Of a stretch of 35,693 nucleotides of DNA, positions 1 to 8,882 are shown one piece after another. Positions within the stretch are counted from its first letter, which is position 1. Every line of letters begins with the position of its first letter. Position numbers and translations under genes: made by a program. The notes below the pieces were generated by a model, which did no database searches, had not been told where the DNA came from, and worked only from the letters and a program-made list of their open reading frames with translations. Origin of the DNA: an uncultured Hyphomicrobium sp. (GTDB lineage Bacteria > Pseudomonadota > Alphaproteobacteria > Rhizobiales > Hyphomicrobiaceae); assembly GCA_964655725.1 (NCBI GenBank), contig CAZZPH010000001.1:1-35693 (forward strand). The letters are read 5' to 3'.

Positions 1-619
1 ACCGGATCGCCTGGAGGGCTTGCTCATGATGATCCTCAATCGTCGACGTCCCAATGCGCCCGTAGGCCACGCGCATGAACGGGCCGAACTGCAGCCAGAT
101 ACTCTCGACAAGCCCGAGCAGCGTGCCGGCCTGAGCCGCGCGGTAGAGTGCGAAGTGAAACTGATAGTTCGCGCGCATATAGCCCTCGGTATCGCCTCCC
201 TTCATGGCGACATCGATGGAATCGTCGATGGTTTGAAGATCGCAGATACCAGCCGCATCAAGCATCTTGAGAGCGCGAGCCGCCAGCTCCGGTTCGAGCG
301 CCCGGCGCGCGAACAGGATCTGATCGAATTTGCTCCTCGTCATCGGCGGAACCAGAACACGGCGGTTGTCCTGCAGCAGCAGGGCGCGCTCTGCGATCAG
401 CCGGCGAACAGCCTCGCGGACCGGCATCGGGCTCACCCCCAGCGCAACGGCCAGTCCGCGCAGCGTTATGGCGGAGCCGGGCGCGATACCCCCGAACAAA
501 ATCTGGTTACGCAGCTGCCGATAGACTTCTTCGTGCGTTCTGACAGCGATGTCGCCACTGCTGTCGTCCCGAGGTGAAGCATATGGCGAGGCTACCACGG
601 GCGCTTCTGCACGTTTCAT
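1..619 (-). CDS. GntR-family (FadR/FCD-type) transcriptional regulator; 3' end runs off the window
   Basis: My own translation of the minus strand from ATG 619-617 gives MKRAEAPVVASPYASPRDDSSGDIAVRTHEEVYRQLRNQILFGGIAPGSAITLRGLAVALGVSPMPVREAVRRLIAERALLLQDNRRVLVPPMTRSKFDQILFARRALEPELAARAL...YMRANYQFHFALYRAAQ...EDHHEQALQAIR. This is a winged-helix GntR N-domain followed by a helical FCD-like domain. The frame is open down to position 2. It is missing from the ORF track because no stop codon falls in the window. It is divergent from the pot operon. Confidence 0.85.
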   Translation of the reverse strand, partial: MKRAEAPVVASPYASPRDDSSGDIAVRTHEEVYRQLRNQILFGGIAPGSAITLRGLAVALGVSPMPVREAVRRLIAERALLLQDNRRVLVPPMTRSKFDQILFARRALEPELAARALKMLDAAGICDLQTIDDSIDVAMKGGDTEGYMRANYQFHFALYRAAQAGTLLGLVESIWLQFGPFMRVAYGRIGTSTIEDHHEQALQAIR

Positions 620-712
620 CTGGCGAAGCTCACTAAGGGCTGCGGCCCGTCCATCCCATGCGTTCCAGTTCGCTAAAAGCCGGCGACAGGACCCGACGCC
701 GTGCTGGTTATT

Positions 713-723
713 GTGCACTGCAC
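713..723. promoter_or_regulatory. Palindrome GTGCA-C-TGCAC in the gntR/potF divergent intergenic region; candidate operator
   Basis: Read directly: ttattGTGCACTGCACgatc, arms 5+5 around one central base. It shares the TTGTG core with the palindrome at 798..809. Confidence 0.3.
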
Positions 724-797
724 GATCACCCTCGTCACTTAGTCCTGCCTAGGGCGAAGGCAATTTGTTCGAATGATGTGCTTGTAGCGCGACGCTT

Positions 798-809
798 TTG
801 TGATCACAA
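798..809. promoter_or_regulatory. Perfect 12-bp palindrome TTGTGATCACAA, candidate GntR-type operator upstream of potF
   Basis: Read directly. The sequence is self-complementary and lies 89 nt upstream of the potF ATG (898) and 179 nt from the divergent regulator start (619). It fits the generic GT...AC symmetric operator style of GntR-family regulators. Confidence 0.4.
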
Positions 810-897
810 TGGGCTGACGTTGCGCAGGCTTCAGCCAACTCCAGGGGATGGATGGCTGCCTCGCACCGGATGTCAGTATGCTTCGGGAGGCCATCGA

Positions 898-2010
898 ATG
901 GCACGTCACTCCACGTCAAAACTGCGGACCACGATCGTGGCGCTGGCCGCTGCAGTAGCGGTTTCGTCATCGGCGATTGCGCAAGATCGCACGGTGCGCG
1001 TCTTCAACTGGTCCGACTACATCGACGACTCAATCCTTGAGGACTTCACAAAAGAGACCGGCATCAAGGTGGTCTACGACGTTTTCGACAGCAACGAAGT
1101 CCTTGAGACCAAATTGCTTGCCGGCAAGACGGGTTACGACATCGTCGTTCCGACAGGCTCGTTCCTTTCCCGTCAGATCGAGGCGGGCGTGTTCCTCAAG
1201 CTGGACAAGTCCAAGATCCCAAATCTGACCCATTTGTGGGAAGAAATCTCCACACGGACGGCGGTCTACGACCCCGACAATGCGCATTCCATCAACTACA
1301 TGTGGGGCACTGTCGGCATTGGCTACAACGAGGCCAAGGTCAAGGAGCGGATGGCCGATGCGCCAGTCGACTCCTGGGACCTCGTCTTCAAGCCTGAGAT
1401 CGCGGCGAAGTTCAAGGACTGCGGCATCTTTATGCTCGACAGCTCCGACGACATCCTGCCGACGGTGATGAAGTATCTGGGCATCGATCCCAACACCAAA
1501 GATCAGGACGAGATCAAGAAGGCCGCCGATCTTATGTTGAGCGTCAGACCCAACGTACGCAAGTTCCACTCATCCGAATACATCAACGCGCTGGCCAATG
1601 GTGACATCTGCATCGCGATTGGCTGGTCGGGCGACATTCTCCAGGCAGCCGATCGTGCCGTAGAGGCTAACAACGGCCACGTGATTAAATACTCCGTTCC
1701 CAAGGAAGGCGCCATGATCTGGTTCGACCAGATGGCCATTCCGAAGGATGCCAAGAATATCGAAGAAGCCCACGAGTTCTTGAACTTCCTCATGAAGCCC
1801 GAAGTGATCGCCAAAGCGACAAACTTCGTGAAGTTCGCGAATGGCAACAAAGCCTCTCACGAGTTCATTGAAAAAGAGGTGATGGAAGACCCCGCCGTCT
1901 ACCCCAGCAAGGAGACGATGGACAACCTGTTCGTGAAGCTTGCCTACGATGCCAAGACACAACGGTTCGTGACGCGGCAATGGACGTCGATCTTGCGCGG
2001 CAAGCGATGA
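898..2010 (+). CDS. potF: Putrescine-binding periplasmic protein (ABC substrate-binding, PotF type)
   Basis: Track ORF 658..2010 trimmed to the in-frame ATG at 898, which follows GGGAGG. Signal peptide MARHSTSKLRTTIVALAAAVAVSSSAIA. The string VRVFNWSDYIDDSILEDFTKETGIKVVYDVFDSNEVLETKLLAGKTGYDIVVP closely parallels E. coli PotF. Confidence 0.93.
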   Translation: MARHSTSKLRTTIVALAAAVAVSSSAIAQDRTVRVFNWSDYIDDSILEDFTKETGIKVVYDVFDSNEVLETKLLAGKTGYDIVVPTGSFLSRQIEAGVFLKLDKSKIPNLTHLWEEISTRTAVYDPDNAHSINYMWGTVGIGYNEAKVKERMADAPVDSWDLVFKPEIAAKFKDCGIFMLDSSDDILPTVMKYLGIDPNTKDQDEIKKAADLMLSVRPNVRKFHSSEYINALANGDICIAIGWSGDILQAADRAVEANNGHVIKYSVPKEGAMIWFDQMAIPKDAKNIEEAHEFLNFLMKPEVIAKATNFVKFANGNKASHEFIEKEVMEDPAVYPSKETMDNLFVKLAYDAKTQRFVTRQWTSILRGKR

Positions 2011-2124
2011 CATGACGATGGACCGCGCCGGTACACCCGGCGCGGTCCTCACCTTGAGCCCCCGTGAGTTGAGGGACGGGGAGCGCTCGAAATCCGAGAC
2101 AGAACAACTGACGCGAGGAACCCC

Positions 2125-3336
2125 ATGTCCGGTGCGATGGCTACGAGTGCGCAAGGAACGAGAACCGCCAGCCCGGGAACATCCCGCAGCGGCATCAGAA
2201 CGGCAGCGCCTCAGTCTGGTTTCGCACCCTGGAATGATCCCGCAGCAAAGCCCATTGTGCGCTTTGAGAACATCATCAAGCGGTTCGGTGACTTCGTTGC
2301 CGTCGACAACGTTTCACTCGACATCTACGATCGCGAGTTCTTCGCTCTTCTTGGGCCATCTGGCTGCGGAAAGACCACGTTGCTTCGCATGCTGGCGGGC
2401 TTCGAGACGCCAACGGAAGGCCGCATCCTGGTAGACGGGCAGGACATCACAAAGCTCGCACCCTACGAGCGCCCGTTCATCAACATGATGTTCCAATCCT
2501 ACGCGCTCTTTCCGCATATGACGGTGGAACGCAATGTCGGCTTCGGGTTGCGCCAGGAAGGCATGCCTGCCGATCAGATCGAGCAGCGCGTTCAGGAAGC
2601 CATGTCGCTCGTGGAGCTGGGCAAGTTCGCAAAGCGCAAGCCACATCAACTTTCAGGAGGCCAGCAGCAGCGTGTGGCGCTCGCTCGCGCCATTGCCAAG
2701 AAGCCCCGCATCATGCTGCTCGACGAGCCGTTGGGTGCCCTCGACAAGAAGTTGCGCAATCAGGCCCAATTCGAACTGATGCGGATCCAGGAAACCACCG
2801 GCACCACGTTCATCATCGTCACGCACGACCAGGAAGAAGCGATGACGGTGGCCAGCCGCATTGCCGTGATGGATCATGGCAAGCTGAAGCAGGTGTCCAC
2901 ACCGGGCGAGATCTACGAGGTTCCCCAGTCGCGCTACGTGGCTCAATTCATCGGCGATGTGAACATCCTCGAAGCGAAGGTCGTCGCCGTCTCCGGCACA
3001 ACTATCGAGTTGGAGCACGTCTCAGGCGGACCCCGGTTCAAAGCAAACTCAACGAATGGCTTCCAAGTCGGCGATCAGGCTTGGCTGGCCGTCCGGCCTG
3101 AAAAGTTCCGCATCAGTCTGGAGAAGCCCGCCGGAACGCACAACGTCATCTCGGGCAAAGTGGATGATGTCGGCTATCTGGGCTCCATTTCCCACTATCA
3201 TGTGAAAACAGATTGGGGACAGCGGATCACCGCGTTGCGCACGAACGCGTCCAATTCGGTGGAGCGTCCCATCAATTGGGAAGATTCCGTATGGCTCGAA
3301 TGGCCCGATGACGCCGCCATCATGCTTTCGTCCTGA
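2125..3336 (+). CDS. potG: Putrescine/spermidine ABC transporter ATP-binding protein
   Basis: Walker A GPSGCGKTT, ABC signature LSGGQQQRVALARA, Walker B IMLLDEP, and the MMFQSYALFPHMTV block typical of PotG/PotA. GAGGA lies 5 nt upstream of the ATG. Confidence 0.93.
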   Translation: MSGAMATSAQGTRTASPGTSRSGIRTAAPQSGFAPWNDPAAKPIVRFENIIKRFGDFVAVDNVSLDIYDREFFALLGPSGCGKTTLLRMLAGFETPTEGRILVDGQDITKLAPYERPFINMMFQSYALFPHMTVERNVGFGLRQEGMPADQIEQRVQEAMSLVELGKFAKRKPHQLSGGQQQRVALARAIAKKPRIMLLDEPLGALDKKLRNQAQFELMRIQETTGTTFIIVTHDQEEAMTVASRIAVMDHGKLKQVSTPGEIYEVPQSRYVAQFIGDVNILEAKVVAVSGTTIELEHVSGGPRFKANSTNGFQVGDQAWLAVRPEKFRISLEKPAGTHNVISGKVDDVGYLGSISHYHVKTDWGQRITALRTNASNSVERPINWEDSVWLEWPDDAAIMLSS

Positions 3337-3420
3337 AACACGACGTTCGTACTTCAATGCGGCTCCGCTGCCGCAGATCGCAGAAATGGGTAAGAGACAG
3401 CAAAGGACATCGTAAGACCC

Positions 3421-4311
3421 ATGCGCCGCTGGCTCGTCATCGCTGTCCCGTACCTGTGGCTTCTGGTACTGTTCCTCGTCCCATTCCTGATCGTCTTCAA
3501 GATCTCGCTGTCCGACATGGCGACGGCGATCCCGCCCTACACGCCGCTCTTCGACTTCACGGCGGGATGGCAGGGATTGTTGGAAACACTAAGTCAGTTC
3601 GACTTCGAGAACTATACTTTCATCGCCTCCGATAGCCTCTACACGGATGCCTATTTCTCAAGCTTGCGTATCGCTGGCATTGCGACGCTACTGACCTTGC
3701 TGATCGCGTATCCCATCGCCTACGGAATGGCGCGCGCGCCGCGCGAATGGCAGCCGACGCTGCTGATGCTCATCATCCTGCCCTTCTGGACCTCATTCCT
3801 GATCCGCGTCTATGCCTGGATCGGCATCCTGAAGCAGGAAGGACTGCTCAACCTGTTTCTCATGCACATCGGCCTCATCTCGGATCCCTTGACGATCATG
3901 AACACGAACTATGCCGTCTACATCGGCATCATCTATTCCTACCTGCCGTTCATGGTGCTGCCGCTCTATGCGAGCCTTGAGAAAATTGATCAGAGACTTC
4001 TGGAGGCGGCTGAGGACTTGGGCTGCCCGCCGTGGAAATCGTTCTGGCAAGTAACGTTCCCGCTGTCGCTGCCTGGCGTTGTGGCGGGTTGCTTCCTGGT
4101 CTTCATTCCGGCGGTTGGTGAGTTCGTCATTCCCGATCTGCTCGGCGGCTCGGACACTCTGATGATCGGCAAGGTGCTTTGGAACGAGTTCTTCAACAAT
4201 CGTGACTGGCCGGTGTCCTCAGCGGTCGCAGTTGTTCTGCTCCTGGTGTTGATCGTGCCAATTGTGATCTTCCAATGGGCGCAGCAGCGGCAGCGGGAGG
4301 GCGGACGATGA
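3421..4311 (+). CDS. potH: Putrescine/spermidine ABC transporter permease
   Basis: Polytopic membrane protein with the binding-protein-dependent permease EAA loop LEAAEDLGCPPWKSFWQVTFPLSLPG. Its position follows potG. Confidence 0.9.
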   Translation: MRRWLVIAVPYLWLLVLFLVPFLIVFKISLSDMATAIPPYTPLFDFTAGWQGLLETLSQFDFENYTFIASDSLYTDAYFSSLRIAGIATLLTLLIAYPIAYGMARAPREWQPTLLMLIILPFWTSFLIRVYAWIGILKQEGLLNLFLMHIGLISDPLTIMNTNYAVYIGIIYSYLPFMVLPLYASLEKIDQRLLEAAEDLGCPPWKSFWQVTFPLSLPGVVAGCFLVFIPAVGEFVIPDLLGGSDTLMIGKVLWNEFFNNRDWPVSSAVAVVLLLVLIVPIVIFQWAQQRQREGGR

Positions 4312-5132
4312 ACAACCGGTTCTCATGGTTCAACGTCACATCGATCACGCTCGGGTTCGCGTTTCTCTACATCCCGATCCTGCTCCTGGTGATCTACAGC
4401 TTCAACGACAGCCGCCTCGTCACGGTCTGGGGCGGATTCTCGCTGCGCTGGTATCAGGGGCTGTTGCAGAATGAGCAGCTGATAGATGCCGCGTGGGTGA
4501 CGCTCTGGGTCGCACTGGTGTCGGCAACATTCGCAACCGTGTTGGGAACGCTGGCCGCCATCGTGCTGGTGCGCATGGGCCGCTTCCCCGGCCGCACGCT
4601 GTTCTCGGGTATGGTCTTTGCCCCTCTCGTGATGCCCGAAGTGATCACCGGGCTTTCACTGCTTCTCCTTTTCGTCGCCATCAACTTCGATCGCGGTTTC
4701 TGGACCGTCGTCCTCGCGCACGCGACCTTCACAATGTGCTTCGCGGCCGTCGTGGTTCAGGCGCGGCTCACGGATTTCGATCAATCGGTGGAAGAAGCCG
4801 CGATGGATCTGGGCGCATCCCCCGTCTCGACGTTCTTCCAGGTGACGCTGCCGATCATCGCCCCTTCGGTCATTTCCGCCTGGCTCTTGGCCTTCACGCT
4901 GTCGCTCGACGATCTGGTGATCGCCAGCTTCACGACGGGGCCTGGCGCGACGACCCTGCCGATGCGGATTTACAGCCAGGTGCGTCTGGGAGTGACACCG
5001 GAGATCAATGCGATCTCGACCTTGATGATTGGTTTTGTGACCATCGGTGTGCTCGTGGCATCGTACACGACCAAGCTCCAATCACGGCGCGAGCGGCGAG
5101 AGAAGCAGGCCGTCGACGCCGGGGCGGCGTAG
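4308..5132 (+). CDS. potI: Putrescine/spermidine ABC transporter permease
   Basis: Track ORF 4275..5132 trimmed to ATG 4308, which overlaps the potH stop (ATGA). N-terminus MNNRFSWFNV, EAA loop EEAAMDLGASPVSTFFQVTLPII. Confidence 0.9.
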   Translation: MNNRFSWFNVTSITLGFAFLYIPILLLVIYSFNDSRLVTVWGGFSLRWYQGLLQNEQLIDAAWVTLWVALVSATFATVLGTLAAIVLVRMGRFPGRTLFSGMVFAPLVMPEVITGLSLLLLFVAINFDRGFWTVVLAHATFTMCFAAVVVQARLTDFDQSVEEAAMDLGASPVSTFFQVTLPIIAPSVISAWLLAFTLSLDDLVIASFTTGPGATTLPMRIYSQVRLGVTPEINAISTLMIGFVTIGVLVASYTTKLQSRRERREKQAVDAGAA

Positions 5133-5213
5133 CAGCGGGCATATTTCGCGTTAGAAAGACTGTGCTTCAGGCCTGCGCCGTTTGAACGGCGGCCAACGAG
5201 GCTCATCGCCACG

Positions 5214-6620
5214 CTAATTCAAAGCGATCAGCTTGGCGGTATCGGTCAGGATATACATGCGCCCGCCCGCGACCACAGGTGCGATGTAGGACCCCGCACT
5301 CAAGCTCTGCTGGCCGAGGAGCCGGCCCGTTGCCGGATCCACGGACGCCAACGTTCCCTTGCTCGAAACAACCCACAACGCGTGATTGGCGAGGACTGGC
5401 CCCGACCATGTTCCGCTCGAAGGCAGCTTCGCGGTCCACTGGACCTTCCCGTCGCGCTTGGCAACGGCCATGATCTGGCCCGTCGTATCGACGACGAACA
5501 CGCTCTCGCCCGCAACCCACGGCATCTGGGTGCCGGGCACATTCAGCGACCACAGACGCTCACCGTTCATGGCGTTCGTCGCGACCATGCGTCCGGCGTG
5601 GCCAATTGCGTAGACGATGCCGTTCTCGATCGCAGGCCTGGCGGCATCGCTCAAGGACGCGAACTGCGAAACGGAACGCGTCCGCGTAAGGCTCTCCGAC
5701 CAGACAGGCGATCCATCGAGCACCTTGTATCCGATCACATCGCCACTCGGGAAAGGCACCGCCACGATGTCACCTTCGACGGCCGGGCTTGCATTGAGTG
5801 ACAAACTTGCCTGATGAGGAAGCCCGCGCGCTGACCATAGTTCCTGCCCATCGACACCGGACAGACAATAAAACCGGCCTTCCGCCGTCAGGACGAACAC
5901 CCGGTCGCCGGCAACCGTCGGCGAGGACCTGATGGGAGCGCCAAGGTTCTTCTCCCAGATCCGCTTACCCGTTGCCGGGTCCATCGCGATGACGGCGCCA
6001 AATCCGCTGGCCCCATAAAGGCGGCCATTGTCGACAGCGAGGCCGCCACCGAACCCGCCGCCATCCGATCCACCCAGCGAGAACAGGCTGCCCGTTGTCA
6101 GACCACTGAAGCCACCCCCGGCACTTGCGGTCTGGGGTGGCGTCGGCTCAAGGCTGTGCCGCCAGATCTGTCCTCCGCCCGACACAGAAAATGCGACCGC
6201 TACGCCGTCCGCATCGAGGGTGTAGACGCGGCCACCGGCGACGATGGGGCTCGCGGTGATACGGCCCTGGCCGCTCGAACCCGATCCCGCGCTTGCGCTC
6301 CAGGCTTCTCTCACGGCGCCGGACAGCGCCAGATGGACGGGCACGTTGGATGCGTTGCCGCCCGGTTGCGTCCACTCTTCATTCATCTGCGGCTGCGGCA
6401 CGATGATCGGTGCGCTGGCGTCCGCTAGTTCACCTGGAACTTTTTCAGCGGCAGGAAGAACCGGAATGCGCCGTCCAGGCAGCGGCTCGGGCTTTTCCTT
6501 GAATGGATTGAGTTCTGTGATCTTGGGCAGGCTCGGCAAGCTGTCGGAACAGCCAGACAGCGCCAGCACGCTCAGTCCGGCAAGCGACAACGCGCGCAGC
6601 TCCGAAAGGCGTCCGCCCAT
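5214..6620 (-). CDS. bamB: Outer membrane protein assembly factor BamB (PQQ-like beta-propeller lipoprotein)
   Basis: Lipobox LSVLALSGCS, reiterated beta-propeller blades (GRVYTLDADGVAVAF, GRLYGASGFGAVIAMD, DRVFVLTAEGRFYCL, GIVYAIGHAGRMVATN, GRMYILTDTAKLIALN), and AGGAG RBS. It sits immediately downstream of a yfgM-like gene. Confidence 0.9.
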   Translation of the reverse strand: MGGRLSELRALSLAGLSVLALSGCSDSLPSLPKITELNPFKEKPEPLPGRRIPVLPAAEKVPGELADASAPIIVPQPQMNEEWTQPGGNASNVPVHLALSGAVREAWSASAGSGSSGQGRITASPIVAGGRVYTLDADGVAVAFSVSGGGQIWRHSLEPTPPQTASAGGGFSGLTTGSLFSLGGSDGGGFGGGLAVDNGRLYGASGFGAVIAMDPATGKRIWEKNLGAPIRSSPTVAGDRVFVLTAEGRFYCLSGVDGQELWSARGLPHQASLSLNASPAVEGDIVAVPFPSGDVIGYKVLDGSPVWSESLTRTRSVSQFASLSDAARPAIENGIVYAIGHAGRMVATNAMNGERLWSLNVPGTQMPWVAGESVFVVDTTGQIMAVAKRDGKVQWTAKLPSSGTWSGPVLANHALWVVSSKGTLASVDPATGRLLGQQSLSAGSYIAPVVAGGRMYILTDTAKLIALN

Positions 6621-6629
6621 CCAACTCTC

Positions 6630-7379
6630 CTAGTTCGCCGCCCCTCCGGCCGCGGGGGGGGCCGATTGGTCCTTGGCATCCGAATCGGGCGCTGCCGGGG
6701 CAGGCGCGGCCTTTGCCGCCTCGCCCGAGGCCATCGAGCCCAGAATCAGTTGAACACGTTCCAGCGTACCACGCGGCGCCCCGGGATCAGCCAGAAGAGG
6801 CGCCAGCAGGGTGCGCGCTTCCTCGTTGTTACCGGCCTTGAATGCGGCTGTCCCCAGAAGTTCGCGGGCTGGAATACGCCACGCACTCGCACCGTTGGCC
6901 AAATCGTTGAGCCGATTCTTCATTTCGGTAAAGTCCGCCTCGCCCAGCCTGAGACTCGCGGCCTGGAGGGCTGCAAACGTCCTTACCTGCTCATTGGTGT
7001 TCCTATTGGTTGCCAGCGCCTCGAAGACAGCCAGCGCATCTTTGGGCCGGTCGGCGGAGAGGTGCATGCCGGCCAGTTGAAGCTGCGCAAGAGCGGCATA
7101 ACCAGCACTGCCATCAGCAACGATGGCATCGAGTGCAACCCTCGCCTCATCGGCTTTTCCTGCCGTCACAAGATCCAGCGCGGCCTGATACTTAGCCCCG
7201 CCAGCCTCGGCCAGGGACGTCTTGCGCCAGTCCCAGATCTGATAGCCACCGACGATTGCGACGATCGCCGCCGCACCGGCCAGAAGGTAGCCACCATACC
7301 GGTCCCAGAGCCGTTCCATCTGCTCGCGGCGCAAGGCCTCGTCGACCTCGCGCATCAAAGGGTCGTTCTTATCAACCAT
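6630..7379 (-). CDS. YfgM-like membrane-anchored TPR-like protein
   Basis: Acidic N-terminus, one TM helix (YLLAGAAAIVAIVGGYQIW), then an Ala-rich helical repeat region. The position directly upstream of bamB matches the widespread yfgM-bamB arrangement. Confidence 0.75.
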   Translation of the reverse strand: MVDKNDPLMREVDEALRREQMERLWDRYGGYLLAGAAAIVAIVGGYQIWDWRKTSLAEAGGAKYQAALDLVTAGKADEARVALDAIVADGSAGYAALAQLQLAGMHLSADRPKDALAVFEALATNRNTNEQVRTFAALQAASLRLGEADFTEMKNRLNDLANGASAWRIPARELLGTAAFKAGNNEEARTLLAPLLADPGAPRGTLERVQLILGSMASGEAAKAAPAPAAPDSDAKDQSAPPAAGGAAN

Positions 7380-7627
7380 CGAAACCCGGTCTCCCTAGTC
7401 GGCGCGACTTCCAGCCTGCGCATGCCCCGGCCGGCCGCACACCCGATAATTCAATAGCATAGAGGTTGGTGGCCCTAAGGCCAGCCCCTGCGGCCGATAC
7501 CATTGCGCGCGCTTTGATCATGCCGCATGCCCCATGCGCAACTGATTTCCCAAAGCGCGCCTCATGCTGCCGCAGAGCGACGACAGCATCCGCAACGTCT
7601 CTTTGAACACAACAACCAAATGAAATT

Positions 7628-8509
7628 TCACGATCTTTTCGGTTTCCGTGGCGGCTTAGCGGCGCCAGCGCTCGCGCTCTCTTCGCTCCCGCCGTCCTTC
7701 AGCGCATAGCTGTGCAAGTCCTCGGGGAAGCGCCGCGACCGGACCTCCTCGGCGTACGAACGGATGGCACCCTCGATGGCTGAGCCGATGCGCCCGAACT
7801 CCTTCACGAATTTCGGGACGCGCGGCGACAATCCAAGCATGTCCTCCATCACCAGAATCTGGCCGTCGCAGCCTGCTCCCGCACCGATACCAATCGTGGG
7901 GATATCGATTGCCGCCGTTATCCGCTCCGCAAGCGGTGCAGCCAGCGCTTCCAGCACCACCGCGAAAGCCCCCGCCTCTGCCACAAGCCGGGCGTCCTCC
8001 TCGATCGCAGCCCACTGATCGCGGGTCCGGCCTTGTGCCCGGAACCCCCCAATGACATTGATCGATTGCGGCGTCAGACCGATGTGGGCCATCACGGGAA
8101 TGCCGCGCTCCACCAGGAAGCGAATCGTCTCTGCCATGCGCCGTCCGCCTTCCAGCTTCACGGCCCCGCAATCGGTCTCCTTCATCACCCGCGCGGCATT
8201 ACGGAAGGCAACAGAAGGGTTTTCCTCGTACGTTCCGAAGGGCATATCGACCACGACGAGAGCCTGCCGCGCGCCCCTCACCACGGCCTTGCCATGCATG
8301 ATCATGAGCTCGAGCGGCACCGGAACGGTCGTTTCGAAGCCGTGCATCACCATGCCCAGGCTGTCGCCCACGAGGAGAAAATCGCAATACCGGTCAGCGA
8401 TCGCAGCCGTATGCGCGTGATAAGAGGTCAGCGCAACGATCGGAGCGCGGCCCTTGAGCGCCGTAATTTCAGGCGCCATGCGGCGAGGTGAAGGCTTGTG
8501 TGCGGACAT
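7628..8509 (-). CDS. panB: 3-methyl-2-oxobutanoate hydroxymethyltransferase
   Basis: Track ORF 7628..8632 trimmed to the in-frame Met at 8509 ([10 protein letters not shown]...). Motifs: [52 protein letters not shown]. Short basic C-terminal tail [11 protein letters not shown]. Confidence 0.92.
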   Translation of the reverse strand: MSAHKPSPRRMAPEITALKGRAPIVALTSYHAHTAAIADRYCDFLLVGDSLGMVMHGFETTVPVPLELMIMHGKAVVRGARQALVVVDMPFGTYEENPSVAFRNAARVMKETDCGAVKLEGGRRMAETIRFLVERGIPVMAHIGLTPQSINVIGGFRAQGRTRDQWAAIEEDARLVAEAGAFAVVLEALAAPLAERITAAIDIPTIGIGAGAGCDGQILVMEDMLGLSPRVPKFVKEFGRIGSAIEGAIRSYAEEVRSRRFPEDLHSYALKDGGSEESASAGAAKPPRKPKRS

Positions 8510-8533
8510 TGCTCTTTTCTGGGTTAGGCTGCG

Positions 8534-8563
8534 CCCGGTGTCGATTTCCCCGGTGTCGATTTC
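8534..8563. repeat. Perfect 15-bp tandem duplication (CCCGGTGTCGATTTC x2) just upstream of the panB start
   Basis: Read directly: 8534-8548 and 8549-8563 are identical. The repeat lies 25 nt upstream of the panB ATG, in the panB/ldt divergent region. Confidence 0.9.
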
Positions 8564-8882
8564 AAGAAGCCCGGGACGACACAGGGTCGCGCGACAGGGG
8601 TCACCGATAGGGTGACGGAGCTTGCATTCCATGTCGAGGCCGGCACGGGTTTTCTCGCGACTTGAGGTTTACGCCCCCCGGCAAAATCGTTGGCTATGCG
8701 CAACATATGTCACACATTTCTCATCGGTTTGTTGCCAGATCGTTGCATGCACCCATCGTCGTCTGATAACCAGACAGTGACTTTCCCCGGCTAGATCTGG
8801 GCGTCACCGGCACCGTGCGAAGGGCCTGAAGGGGTGGGAAGTGTATAGCGTACCTGAATTTAAGCCGCAAAGCGGCGCGTCG

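Noticed and set aside
20-577. 185-aa plus-strand ORF at the left edge.
   Set aside because: It is the antisense shadow of a clearly recognisable GntR/FCD regulator on the minus strand (1..619). Its own translation is Arg/Ala-rich with no recognisable motifs.
658-897. N-terminal extensions of track ORFs. Examples: 658 for potF, 8632 for panB, 23171 for the DUF457 hydrolase, 24736 for glyS, 34286 for the VOC protein, 35641 for DUF2244.
   Set aside because: In each case an internal Met preceded by a Shine-Dalgarno-like sequence starts the conserved or signal-peptide region. The upstream extension is Arg-rich, looks non-coding, and often overlaps a divergent gene.
5133-5213. Absence of der (engA) downstream of bamB, and of panC next to panB.
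   Set aside because: These are deviations from common gene order, but I see no sequence evidence of a scar, pseudogene or mobile element at the junctions. This is probably ordinary lineage-specific rearrangement.
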